Positions 8,352-17,246 of a stretch of DNA of 47,787 bases are shown here, in pieces. The notes under the pieces are model-generated. The model ran no database searches. It was not told where the DNA came from and worked only from the letters and a program-made list of their open reading frames with translations. Each line of letters begins with the position of its first letter. The stretch's first letter is position 1. The translations under genes were made by a program, and so were the position numbers. The DNA lies in NCBI GenBank assembly GCA_012512505.1, contig JAAZEB010000167.1, forward strand, positions 1 through 47,787. Direction: 5' to 3'. This DNA comes from Armatimonadota bacterium. GTDB taxonomy: Bacteria > Armatimonadota > JAAZEB01.

Positions 8352-10631
8352 ATGAGACGTGCCGGTTCGCTGTTGCTGGTGTGCCAGTTGGCTCTGCTGT
8401 TGTCGGGCATTGCCCCCGCGCGGGCGGCCCTGACGCTGGAGCAGGAACTCCAGGCCGGCCGCGGCTTCGTGAACGCTTTCATTGAGCAGTACGGCCTCAG
8501 CGAGAACCAGCAGTACCGCGAGTTGGCCGAAGGCGTGCTCACGCGCCTGGTGCAGGCAAGCGGCGAGCGCCCCGAGTTGCCGTGGCGCATCGTGGTGCTC
8601 AAACACCACCCGGACAACCCGGCCGCCCGCAACGCCTCGGCGTGGCCCGGTGGCCAGATCGTCACCGATGAGGCGTTCTTCGAGCTGCTGGAAAAGGGCG
8701 CTGGCGGTGACGCTGAGCGCCTGCAGGCGATGACTGCCGGCGTGCTCGCCCACGAGATGGCCCACGTCATCCGCCACGACACCGATGCCCTGGTGCCGGT
8801 TTTCTTCAAAGACCCGGGCGTGCCCGCCCCCCAGCTTCTCTTCTCCCTCAAGTCGGTCGGCGACGGCCAGAAGGTCGGCGCCGCCGAGACGCGCCAGGCG
8901 GAGAATGAGTGCGACCGGCACGGCGCCTTCTACCTCCTGCGCGCCGGCTACCGCGTGGACGACATGATCAGCGTCTTCCGCTGCCTCGCCGATGAAGAGG
9001 TGGACGAGGTGCTCTTCGCCAGCGAGTTGGACCACGCCCGCGCCGCGGAGCGCGTCGGCAACCTCCTCGAAGTGCAGGAACAGGTGGTGGAGGACGAGCG
9101 CCTCTATGACGAGGCGGTGAACATCCTGCGCCTGGGGCTAGATGAGGCGATGCTGCGCATTGCCGAGCGCAACTTGGAGTTGGTCTCCGCTCGCTTTCCC
9201 AAGGTGCTGCCGGTGCGGCACGCGCGCGCCGTGCTTGCCCACCGGCGCTACCTGCTGAAGGTGCCGCCGCAAACGCTGCGGCTTAAGCCCTCCTTCTCCT
9301 TCTACCGCTTCCGCGCCTCGCGCGGCTTCCCGGAGGATTTCCTGCTCCAGGCGATCCGCGAGTACGAGGCGATCCTGAAGGACTACGAGAACACCGGCCA
9401 CCAGGGCCTCGGGCCGACGGTGGCCGCCTACGCGCTGGCGCTGGCACACAACGACCAGGCGGCCAAAGCGCTTCCCTGGGCACAGAAGGCGGTGCAGCTC
9501 TCTCCCGACGACTGGAGCGCCCACAACGTGCTCGGCATCGTGCAGTTGAAGCTCGACCAGCCTGCCGAGGCTGTGAAAAGTCTGACGCGGGCGGTGGGCC
9601 TGGCCGTGCCAGCCGAGCCGAAGGAGCTAGTGGAGCGCGCCTTCCTCAACGCCTCGATGGAAGAGCGCGCCGTGTGGCGCTACGTGGACGCGCAGACGCC
9701 GGTGGCGTTTGGGCCGGCGCTCTTCAACCTCGGCGTGGCGCTGCAGGGCACCGACCAGGAGGCCTCCGCCCAGGCTTTCCGTGCCTACCTGGCGACCGAC
9801 TCGATCAGCGACTGGGCAGACGAAGCCCGCGGTTACCTCCGGGGCAAGGCCCCTGCCGACCCGGGTGCCGCGCCGGTCGCCGGCATCACCGTGGGGATGA
9901 CGGACGCCGACCTGCGCAAGAAGGCGGGCGACGCGGCGATCGGCACGCCCCCCAGCCCCACCGCTCAGGTGTGGCGTTACAAGGAGAAAGGCTTCAGCGT
10001 CTTCCTCGATGAAACCGGCCGCGTCCGCGCAATGCTCCTCTACGCTCCCTTCGCCGGCCAGTTCGGCCCCGGCGTGACCCTGGGGGCCGCGCCAGCGCAG
10101 ATTGAGAAGGCGTGGGGCAAGCCGTTGGCCGCCCACACCGCCGGCGACCGGGTGGCCTGGGCCTATCCGGCGCACGGCCTCACCTTCGTGTTGACCAAGG
10201 ACAAGCTGACGAAGGTGGTGTGGGCCCCGGCGCCCCCGCTCGGGAGCGCCACCCTCGATGCCTCGATCAAGGTGCGCCCCGGCGATTCTGCCAGCCAGGT
10301 GGCGCAGGCGCTCGGCGGCCCGCCCGATTCCGGCCTGGGCGACGAGACCCAGGGCGGCGTGTGGGTGTACGACCGCCTCGGCCTGCGCCTCCGGTTCGAC
10401 CAGGAGGGCAAGGTCGCCCTGGTGACGATTAGCCGGCCAAGCTCCGCCCGGGTGGCAAACGTGAAGCTGGGCGACCCGCCCGCCCGCATCCGCCAGGCCG
10501 TCGGCTCCGGCATTGTCACCACCGACCTGGACAACTCCGAGACCTACACCTTCCCCGACCGTGGGGTTGCCTTCGTGGTGCGCAACGCCGAAGTCGCGCT
10601 GATCACCCTCTTCCCCAAAGAGGGCGGATAG
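8352..10631 (+). CDS. Secreted M48-like zinc metallopeptidase (HEMAH) with TPR repeats and C-terminal BamE/BLIP-like repeated modules
   Basis: Signal peptide MRRAGSLLLVCQLALLLSGIAPARA; HEMAHVIRHD HExxH motif; TPR-like helices mid-protein; 3-4 repeats of ~60 aa (G..F.V...G.V.A..L..P.) at the C-terminus. Confidence 0.7.
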   Translation: MRRAGSLLLVCQLALLLSGIAPARAALTLEQELQAGRGFVNAFIEQYGLSENQQYRELAEGVLTRLVQASGERPELPWRIVVLKHHPDNPAARNASAWPGGQIVTDEAFFELLEKGAGGDAERLQAMTAGVLAHEMAHVIRHDTDALVPVFFKDPGVPAPQLLFSLKSVGDGQKVGAAETRQAENECDRHGAFYLLRAGYRVDDMISVFRCLADEEVDEVLFASELDHARAAERVGNLLEVQEQVVEDERLYDEAVNILRLGLDEAMLRIAERNLELVSARFPKVLPVRHARAVLAHRRYLLKVPPQTLRLKPSFSFYRFRASRGFPEDFLLQAIREYEAILKDYENTGHQGLGPTVAAYALALAHNDQAAKALPWAQKAVQLSPDDWSAHNVLGIVQLKLDQPAEAVKSLTRAVGLAVPAEPKELVERAFLNASMEERAVWRYVDAQTPVAFGPALFNLGVALQGTDQEASAQAFRAYLATDSISDWADEARGYLRGKAPADPGAAPVAGITVGMTDADLRKKAGDAAIGTPPSPTAQVWRYKEKGFSVFLDETGRVRAMLLYAPFAGQFGPGVTLGAAPAQIEKAWGKPLAAHTAGDRVAWAYPAHGLTFVLTKDKLTKVVWAPAPPLGSATLDASIKVRPGDSASQVAQALGGPPDSGLGDETQGGVWVYDRLGLRLRFDQEGKVALVTISRPSSARVANVKLGDPPARIRQAVGSGIVTTDLDNSETYTFPDRGVAFVVRNAEVALITLFPKEGG

Positions 10632-10649
10632 CCGGCACCCCCACCCCGG

Positions 10650-11080
10650 CTGTAGGAGGCGCCGCCGCCGATGGGTCGGATCGGCGGCGGCCCGCCGGCC
10701 GCCAAGAGGATGAAAATGGGGCTCCGTCGCTCATCCAAGAGTTAGGCGGGTGACAAGAGACCATTTCCAGAAGTATCGTAGCCGCTGGAGGACGGCCGAT
10801 CCGCACCCCTTCGGGGTGAGGAGGAGGTATCCTACCGGACTATTCAGGACCCTCGCGCCGCCCTGGTACCCGGCGCTGGGCGCAGGAGGCAGGGTGCCGC
10901 GGCGACGCGGCCGCCCAGCAGAGGCCCGATGGCTCGGGCACTCCGGCCAGTTGCCTGGGAGAGTCGCGGAGTGCCGCAGCGATGCGGCTTCCCGACCCGC
11001 CAATGCCCGATGGCTCGGGCACCTTGGCAATCCCCCCGGGAGGGGGTGGCATCATCGCTGGCGGGTTGCCAGGTAGTGCC
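10650..11080. repeat. Composite intergenic repeat region: flank element (10702-10749), UUCG-tetraloop hairpin caccccttcggggtg (10804-10818), then REP/BIME-like tandem units (10925-11060)
   Basis: Units match those at 1-190 and 47313-47450. Flank plus hairpin match the reverse complement of 47694-47764. Confidence 0.7.
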
Positions 11081-11082
11081 GT

Positions 11083-12801
11083 CTAGGGCGAGGGCGTGCC
11101 GCCTTGGGATGACCGGGAGCGCACCATCCGCTCCAGGGCGCGCCGGGCCGGCTCCTTGGCCGGGGTGTCGCTGGCGGCGGCAGCGCGCAGGGCGCGGATC
11201 GCCTCGGGCGTCGCGATGGCCGCCAGCGCCTCGGCCGTCGCCTCGCGCACGCTCGGGTCGGCATGGGTTCGCAGTGCCTTAGCCAGCGCCTGGACCGCCC
11301 GCTTCTCCTTCACGCGCCCCAACTCGCGGGCGGCATCGCGCGCGTCCTCGGTCTTGCCCGCCAGCAGGCGCGTCAACTCCTCCAGAGGGCGACCGGCGAA
11401 CCGCCCTGCCGGCTCGGCGCTCCTGGCACTGCTCGCGGCGGCCCCCGCGGCCGGCGGCTGGGTGAGCGCACTCGCCGCTGCCTCGGGGGTGGGCCCCGTG
11501 GGCGTGCCCGCGGAGGGGGGGGGCGCCTGTTTTGCCCCGATCGGTGGTGCTGGTGCCGCCGAGTTCGGGATGCCCTGACTGTCCGGTGCCGCTTCCGGTG
11601 GCGCCGCTCGGGTCATCGCCGCGGCGGGGCCCGCCGGCCCGAATGCCTCCCGCTTGGCGGTTGGGCCTGCCGGATCCCGGTCGAGGATCGGTGACGGTGG
11701 CGCCGTGGCGCGGCTGATGGTGGGGCTGCCCGCCCTCGGCGTTGGGGGAGGCGTGGTGCCGCGCGCGCCCATGGTTTCCTGGAGAGCGTTGGGGGGCTGC
11801 GCCGCCATCGTCTCCTCGTTCGGTGCTGCGCGGAGCGCACCCTCCGCCACCCCAGGCGGGGCGCCCCCCACTGGCGGAGTGGCCTTCGGCGCGGACGGCG
11901 TTGTCTTCAAGAGGATGTCTGCTGTGGGCGCTTCCCCCGCCGGCTGCGGCGCCGCGGCCGCCCTGCCGACAGCATCCGGGGGCGCCCCACTGTCGGCCGC
12001 CGTCCGAGGCGGAGCCACGGCCAGGCGCTGCCCCCGCTTCGCGGCCGGCATCTGGATCACGGTAACTGGCGGCGTGCTGGCAGGCTGCTCGCCGCACGCG
12101 GCCCGCTGTGCCGGGCGCTGGGCCGGCCGCGCGGTCCGTGGACGCGGAGCGACGGTGCTCCCGGCTGCCGGCGGACGGTCGGGCGCGCGGGAGGGCACCG
12201 GCGCGCTGGCGATATTGGGCGCGGCCATGGGCCGAGCGGCATCGCGGTGGGCCGGCGGGCGGATCGGGCCACGGTGGTCGCTGGTTGGAGGGGGCGCCAG
12301 TTCGCCACCGGCTACCGGCGGCGCTTCTACCACCTGGCCTAGCTGGGTAGCTGTCTGCGGGGTGGGGGTACCCCGGTGCAGCAGGACCAGGAGCACGGCG
12401 GCGACCGGCACCGCCGCGCAGGCAGGAAGCGCCGCGCGCCGGCTGAAGAAGCGGAAACCGGCCAGCGCCGCGCCGTGCTTCAGGGCATCCCATTGCTCGC
12501 CAGCGCGCGCGGCGAGCTGCTTGCGCGGCAGGGCCAGCGGCACCCCCGTGCCCAGGATCTGCTCGCCCAGCCGTGCCTGCCCGCGCGCCCGCACTCGCCC
12601 CAGCAGTGCCTCTCCCTCGCCCTCCGGCAGCGACCAGCGCGGCAGCAACGAGACCAGCCGCGCCGCGGCCTGCGCCTCCCGCAGCGCCGTGCCGCAGGCG
12701 GTGCACTCCTGGCAGTGGTGGCGCAGCCGGTCGGCGTCCTTCGGCGGGAGGGCGTCTCCCAGGTAGGCGTGGATCAGCCGTTGCACAAGGAAACAGATCA
12801 T
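11083..12801 (-). CDS. Membrane anti-sigma factor: N-terminal zf-HC2 (HHCQECTAC), one TM helix, ~300-aa Pro/Ala-rich linker, C-terminal PBS-lyase HEAT repeats
   Basis: Starts 5 nt after the stop of the ECF sigma gene. HxxxCxxC zinc-finger anti-sigma motif; LPACAAVPVAAVLLVLL TM segment; C-terminal repeats of ALG..G...A...L..LL.D.D..VR. Confidence 0.75.
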   Translation of the reverse strand: MICFLVQRLIHAYLGDALPPKDADRLRHHCQECTACGTALREAQAAARLVSLLPRWSLPEGEGEALLGRVRARGQARLGEQILGTGVPLALPRKQLAARAGEQWDALKHGAALAGFRFFSRRAALPACAAVPVAAVLLVLLHRGTPTPQTATQLGQVVEAPPVAGGELAPPPTSDHRGPIRPPAHRDAARPMAAPNIASAPVPSRAPDRPPAAGSTVAPRPRTARPAQRPAQRAACGEQPASTPPVTVIQMPAAKRGQRLAVAPPRTAADSGAPPDAVGRAAAAPQPAGEAPTADILLKTTPSAPKATPPVGGAPPGVAEGALRAAPNEETMAAQPPNALQETMGARGTTPPPTPRAGSPTISRATAPPSPILDRDPAGPTAKREAFGPAGPAAAMTRAAPPEAAPDSQGIPNSAAPAPPIGAKQAPPPSAGTPTGPTPEAAASALTQPPAAGAAASSARSAEPAGRFAGRPLEELTRLLAGKTEDARDAARELGRVKEKRAVQALAKALRTHADPSVREATAEALAAIATPEAIRALRAAAASDTPAKEPARRALERMVRSRSSQGGTPSP

Positions 12802-12806
12802 CGTCC

Positions 12807-13373
12807 TCAACACTCCGCCAGTTGCTCCTGCAGCGCCGCCCTCAGCTTCGTCATCGCGTAGTGCAGCCGCGAGTTCACCGTGCCCACGGGGCAGTCCAGG
12901 ATCTCGGCGATCTCTTTGCAAGACAGGCCCTGGAAGTAGCGCAGCGACACCACCAGGCGGTGCGCCTCCGGAAGATCGCCCACCGCCTGCTGCACCCTCT
13001 CCCGGGTTTCCTGGCGCACCACGCTGTCCATGGGTCCTTCCTCCTCGGTGGAGAGCGCCCGATCCACGTCGTCTAGCGGCACGAACGCGGCGTGGCTGCG
13101 GCGCCGTGCCGCCTTGCGCTGCTGCTCCAGGCAGACGTTCACCGCGATGCGGTAAAGCCAGGTGGTGAACGCGCTCTGCCCTCGGAAGGAGCGGATGTGG
13201 GCATAGACGCGCACGAACACCTCCTGCGTCAGGTCGCGCGCCTCCTCCGGGTTGCCGACGTAGTGGCAGACGAGCGCATACACCCGGTTCAGGTGCCGGT
13301 GGAACAGGGCGTCGAACGCCGCTTCATCGTTGTCCTGGCAGCGCCGGACTAGCAGCTCGTCTTCCGATAGCAT
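12807..13373 (-). CDS. ECF (sigma-70 family) RNA polymerase sigma factor
   Basis: Region 2 (DLTQEVFVRVY, FTTWLYRIAVNVC) and region 4 (LSCKEIAEILDCPVGTVNSRLHYA) signatures; start at MLSEDELLVRRCQ (ATG 13373, AGGGAAG SD). Confidence 0.85.
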   Translation of the reverse strand: MLSEDELLVRRCQDNDEAAFDALFHRHLNRVYALVCHYVGNPEEARDLTQEVFVRVYAHIRSFRGQSAFTTWLYRIAVNVCLEQQRKAARRRSHAAFVPLDDVDRALSTEEEGPMDSVVRQETRERVQQAVGDLPEAHRLVVSLRYFQGLSCKEIAEILDCPVGTVNSRLHYAMTKLRAALQEQLAEC

Positions 13374-13533
13374 CTTCCCTCGCCCGTATGGAGCATGAAC
13401 GACCGTTCTGTTCCTTAGACGGTGCCGGAGCCGGAATCCTTCAGTCGGTTCGAGCCGGGGTTTACCGGCCGGCTTGGCGGCGGGAGGAACTGCGGCGGCG
13501 GCGCGGAATACCGCCCTCAGAGAGGGGAGACGG

Positions 13534-14331
13534 ATGGCGGAACCGAAGCTGCGGGTTGGATTGGGGCAGATCCGCGGGCGCGAGAGCGTGGCGGAGAACG
13601 TGGCGGTGGTCACCGAGTTCCTCGCGCGCGGCAAGGAGCAGGGCGCCGACGTTGTCTTGTTCCCGGAAGGGACAATCGGCGGCTACTTCAGCGTTGACTT
13701 TGTGGACCCGCTGGCCCTCGACGGGGCGGCGGTAGAGGCCGGCCTGGAGGCGGTGCGCCAGGCGGCGGCAGCCCACGGGGTGGCGGCCGCCGTGGGCGCG
13801 TCGCGCCGGGGCGAGGATGGCGCCATTCGCAACTGCCTCCTCCTCTATTCGTCTACCGGGGAGCTGGTCGGGGAGTACGTGAAGACACAGCTCACCGAGT
13901 CCGACCGGGACTGCTACGTTCCGGGCAGCGTGCTGCCGGTGTTCCACCTCGGCTCGGTGCCGTTGGGACTGCTGATCTGCTACGACCAGCGCTTTCCCGA
14001 GCCGTGGCGGGCGCTGGCGCTGCGCGGCGCCCAGGTGGTGCTCCACTGCTCCAACGCCTGCGGGCCGCACGCCACCTGGAAGATCCCGGTGGTGGAAGCG
14101 CACCTGCGCTCCCGCGCCGCTGAAAACGGCTTCTTCGTGGTGTCGGTGAACCGCGCTGGCCCGTTCCAGTCCTGGGGATCCGTCGCCTACGACCCGCGCG
14201 GCCTGGAGTTGGCGCGCGCCAACTACGACTGGGAAGAGCTAGTCACCGCCGACCTCGACCTCTCCCAGGTGAGCCGCACCTTCCTTGAGGAGCGCCGCAC
14301 CGACCTTACTCAGTTGCTCCTCGGGGGCTGA
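13534..14331 (+). CDS. Carbon-nitrogen hydrolase (nitrilase superfamily)
   Basis: E-K-C triad context: VVLFPEG, catalytic Cys in LLICYDQRFPE, NRAG; GAGGGGAG SD before ATG 13534. Confidence 0.8.
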   Translation: MAEPKLRVGLGQIRGRESVAENVAVVTEFLARGKEQGADVVLFPEGTIGGYFSVDFVDPLALDGAAVEAGLEAVRQAAAAHGVAAAVGASRRGEDGAIRNCLLLYSSTGELVGEYVKTQLTESDRDCYVPGSVLPVFHLGSVPLGLLICYDQRFPEPWRALALRGAQVVLHCSNACGPHATWKIPVVEAHLRSRAAENGFFVVSVNRAGPFQSWGSVAYDPRGLELARANYDWEELVTADLDLSQVSRTFLEERRTDLTQLLLGG

Positions 14332-14421
14332 GTGCCAGCTTCGGCGGCAAGCACCGGGGCCTTCGGGAGCCTCCGCGCGCCGCGCCCCGCCGTGGCTGCC
14401 GCACCGGTGTGAGGGTAGGGC

Positions 14422-15615
14422 TCATCCTTTCCGGCGCGCGGTCTCTGGCAGCGTCAGCGCCACCGGCACCGTCAGCAGCGGCAGCAGGGCGAGGACCTGG
14501 TAGACCAGGCCGATGCTCGTCCGGTCGGCCAGGGCGCCGGCGGCGACCGCCAGCAGGCCGCCGGTGCCGAAGGCGAATCCCTGCACTATCGCCGAGGCGA
14601 TCCCCTGGCGCTCCGGGGCGATCTCCTGGGCCATGGCCACGTTCACCGCGGCGGAGGCCGAGAGCACCAGGCCGGCCACCACCAGCACCGCCAGAAACGC
14701 GGTGGCCGGCACCAGAGTCAGCCCGAACAGCAGCGGGGTGGACGCGGCCAGCGAGATCACCAGCACCCGCCTTCGCCCCCAGCGATCGGACAGCGCCCCG
14801 CCGATCATCCCCCCTGCCGCCCCGGCGAAGAGGAAGAGCGACACCGCCAGGCTGCCATAGACCGGGGTGGCGCCACGCCCCTGGAGAAAGAGCGGCATGA
14901 AATGCACCAGGCCGGTGCTGACGGCCGACCGCAGGGCCACGATGGCCCACAGCGAGAGGATCGCCCGCGGCAGCCGTGCCGGCGGGGGTGGGGGAGTGGA
15001 GGAGAGCGCGGGCGCCGCCTCCTCTGCCGCCGTGGCGCTGCCCTTCGGCACCGCGGACAGGCGTCGGTACACCGTCAGGTAAAGCAGCAGGGCGACGAGC
15101 AGGCCGGGGAACGCCGCGATCCAGGTGCGGTCGGCGCCAAAGCGTTCGGCCGTCCAGGTGGAGACGAGCGGGCCGACCGAGTAGCCGGCGCTGCCGGCCG
15201 TCACGAAGAACGCCAGGGCAAAGCCGCGGCGGGAGGCGGGTCCGGTGCCGGCAGCCACCGCGGCCTGGGGATGGAAGCTGGCGATGCCTGCCCCGCCGAG
15301 CACCAGGAAGAGCACCAGCATCGGCACCGAATGCGCCGTGCCCAGCAGGCTCATGAAGATGGCGGCGCACACCGGCCCGAGCACCAGGAAGTAGTGCCGC
15401 CGCACCCGGTCGGCCGCGTGCCCGAAGAGGAGCTGGCTCATCGAGCCGGAGACGCTGACCACCGTTGCCAGCAGCCCCACCAGGGTGTTGGTGAGCGCCA
15501 GCCGCTCGGTGAGGAAGACGATCAGGCCGGGCAGGAAGTTGCTATAGGTGTCGGTGACCGAGTGGCCGAGGGAGAGTAAGAGCAGGTCGCCGCGCGGACC
15601 CCGCCACCGGGTCAT
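14422..15615 (-). CDS. MFS transporter (Fsr-like)
   Basis: 12-TM hydrophobic pattern; start ATG overlaps pth stop (ATGA). Confidence 0.75.
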   Translation of the reverse strand: MTRWRGPRGDLLLLSLGHSVTDTYSNFLPGLIVFLTERLALTNTLVGLLATVVSVSGSMSQLLFGHAADRVRRHYFLVLGPVCAAIFMSLLGTAHSVPMLVLFLVLGGAGIASFHPQAAVAAGTGPASRRGFALAFFVTAGSAGYSVGPLVSTWTAERFGADRTWIAAFPGLLVALLLYLTVYRRLSAVPKGSATAAEEAAPALSSTPPPPPARLPRAILSLWAIVALRSAVSTGLVHFMPLFLQGRGATPVYGSLAVSLFLFAGAAGGMIGGALSDRWGRRRVLVISLAASTPLLFGLTLVPATAFLAVLVVAGLVLSASAAVNVAMAQEIAPERQGIASAIVQGFAFGTGGLLAVAAGALADRTSIGLVYQVLALLPLLTVPVALTLPETARRKG

Positions 15616-16202
15616 TCGGAGGCCTCCGGGGGCGGCGGCGTGGCGCGGCGGTTGAAGCGGTTGGCGGCAGCCTCGGGTCCCTCGCGCAGCAGTAGCTCCA
15701 CCGCGTCCGCGGCGCGCTGGATCGCCTCCTCGATCACCGGCCGCTCTTCGCGGGTGAACTCGCCCAGCACGTGGTCGATCCACTCTTCCGCGGCGCCACC
15801 CACCCCGACGCGCACGCGCGGAAAGGCGCTGCTGCCGATGCTGGCAATGATCGACTTCAGGCCGTTGTGCCCCCCGGCGGAGCCGCTGCCGCGCACCCGG
15901 ATGCTTCCCAGCGGCAGGTGGATGTCGTCGCAGATGACGATCAGCTCCTCTGGTGCCACCCGATAGCGCGCCAGCAGCGAGAGGGCTGCCTCGCCGCTCC
16001 GGTTCATGAACGTCTGTGGCTTGGCAAGCACCACCGCGGTGGTGTCGATCTGCCCCTCACCAAGGCGCGAGCGGTTGCGCCGGGTGGTGAGGGAAATCCG
16101 GTGCCGCGCGGCCAGTAGGTCGGCGACGCGAAAACCAACGTTGTGGCGTGTCTGCGCGTATTCCGGGCCGGGGTTTCCCAGCCCGAGGATGATCTTCGGC
16201 AT
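15612..16202 (-). CDS. pth: Peptidyl-tRNA hydrolase
   Basis: MPKIILGLGNPGPEYAQTRHNVGF, GHNGLKS canonical Pth motifs. Confidence 0.9.
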   Translation of the reverse strand: MPKIILGLGNPGPEYAQTRHNVGFRVADLLAARHRISLTTRRNRSRLGEGQIDTTAVVLAKPQTFMNRSGEAALSLLARYRVAPEELIVICDDIHLPLGSIRVRGSGSAGGHNGLKSIIASIGSSAFPRVRVGVGGAAEEWIDHVLGEFTREERPVIEEAIQRAADAVELLLREGPEAAANRFNRRATPPPPEASE

Positions 16203-16271
16203 GGCTTGGCTGATAGCCTATCCGTTCCTCAGTGGCGGTGCCGGGCGATGGCTCCCGGCGCGCCGGCGGCC

Positions 16272-17246
16272 CTACGCCGTCTTCCAGTTCAGGCGGAACA
16301 GGGTGCTCACCGACGAGTGGTGGTGGATGCAGCGGATCGCCTCGGCCAGCAGCGGCGCCACGGAGAGCGTGTGCAGCTTGGGCGTGCGGCGCTCCGGCGG
16401 GATCGGGATCGTGTCGGTCACCACCAGACTGAGGATCGGCGATTCTTCCAGGCGGGCGGGCGCGTTGCCGGAGAGCACCGGATGGGTGGCACAGGCGTAG
16501 ACGCCGCGGGCGCCACGCTCGATCAACGCGGTGGCCCCCATGATCAGCGAGCCGGCGGTGTCCACCATGTCGTCCACCATCACGCAGGTTCTCCCGGCCA
16601 CGTCGCCGATCACCTCCACCACTTCCACCTGGTTTGGCTCGGGCCGGCGCTTGACGATGATGGCGAAGTCGGCATCGAGGCGGTCGGCGTAGGCCCGCGC
16701 CATCGCCACGCCCCCAACGTCGGGCGAGACGACCACCAGCCCGTGGCCGTGGAGACCGCGCGAGATCAGGTGGTCAGCAATGATCGGGCCGGCGGGGAGG
16801 TGGTCCACCGGGAAGTCGAAGAAGCCCTGGATCTGCAGGGCGTGCAGATCCATGCAGAGGAGGCGGTGGGCGCCAGCGGTGGTGATCAGGCTGGAGATCA
16901 GCTTGGCGCTGATCGGCTCGCGCGGCTTGATCTTCTTGTCTTGCCGCGAGTAGCCGAAGTAGGGCATCACCGCGGTGATGCGCGCGGCCGAGGCGCGCCG
17001 GAAGGCATCGATGGAGAGGAGCAGCTCCATCAGGTGCTCGTTCACCGGGGCGCAGGTGGGCTGCACGATGAAGACATCGGCGCCGCGCACGCTCTCATCA
17101 ATGTCGATGCGGATCTCGCCGTCGGAGAAACGCGTTACCTGGCCGCGCACCGGCTCGATCTCCAGGCAGGCGCAGATGGCGCGTGCCAGTGCCGGGTTTG
17201 CGTTGCCGCTGAACACCTTCAGCTCCCCACCCCGCTGCATGCTCAT
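16272..17246 (-). CDS. prs: Ribose-phosphate pyrophosphokinase
   Basis: PRPP-binding motif VMVDDMVDTAGS, KIFSG-like N-terminus, RQDKK flexible loop; start ATG overlaps glmU stop (ATGA); alternative start 17240. Confidence 0.9.
   Translation of the reverse strand: MSMQRGGELKVFSGNANPALARAICACLEIEPVRGQVTRFSDGEIRIDIDESVRGADVFIVQPTCAPVNEHLMELLLSIDAFRRASAARITAVMPYFGYSRQDKKIKPREPISAKLISSLITTAGAHRLLCMDLHALQIQGFFDFPVDHLPAGPIIADHLISRGLHGHGLVVVSPDVGGVAMARAYADRLDADFAIIVKRRPEPNQVEVVEVIGDVAGRTCVMVDDMVDTAGSLIMGATALIERGARGVYACATHPVLSGNAPARLEESPILSLVVTDTIPIPPERRTPKLHTLSVAPLLAEAIRCIHHHSSVSTLFRLNWKTA

Noticed and set aside
6551-8851. 766-aa minus-strand ORF
   Set aside because: Antisense to the GH4 gene and M48 gene start; no domain, no SD, low-complexity.
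11279-12766. 475-aa minus and 370-aa plus ORFs inside the anti-sigma gene
   Set aside because: Alternate-frame/antisense artefacts of the Pro/Ala-rich GC-rich coding region.
14306-15370. 354-aa minus ORF
   Set aside because: Alternate frame of the MFS transporter gene; Arg/Gly/Pro-rich junk translation.
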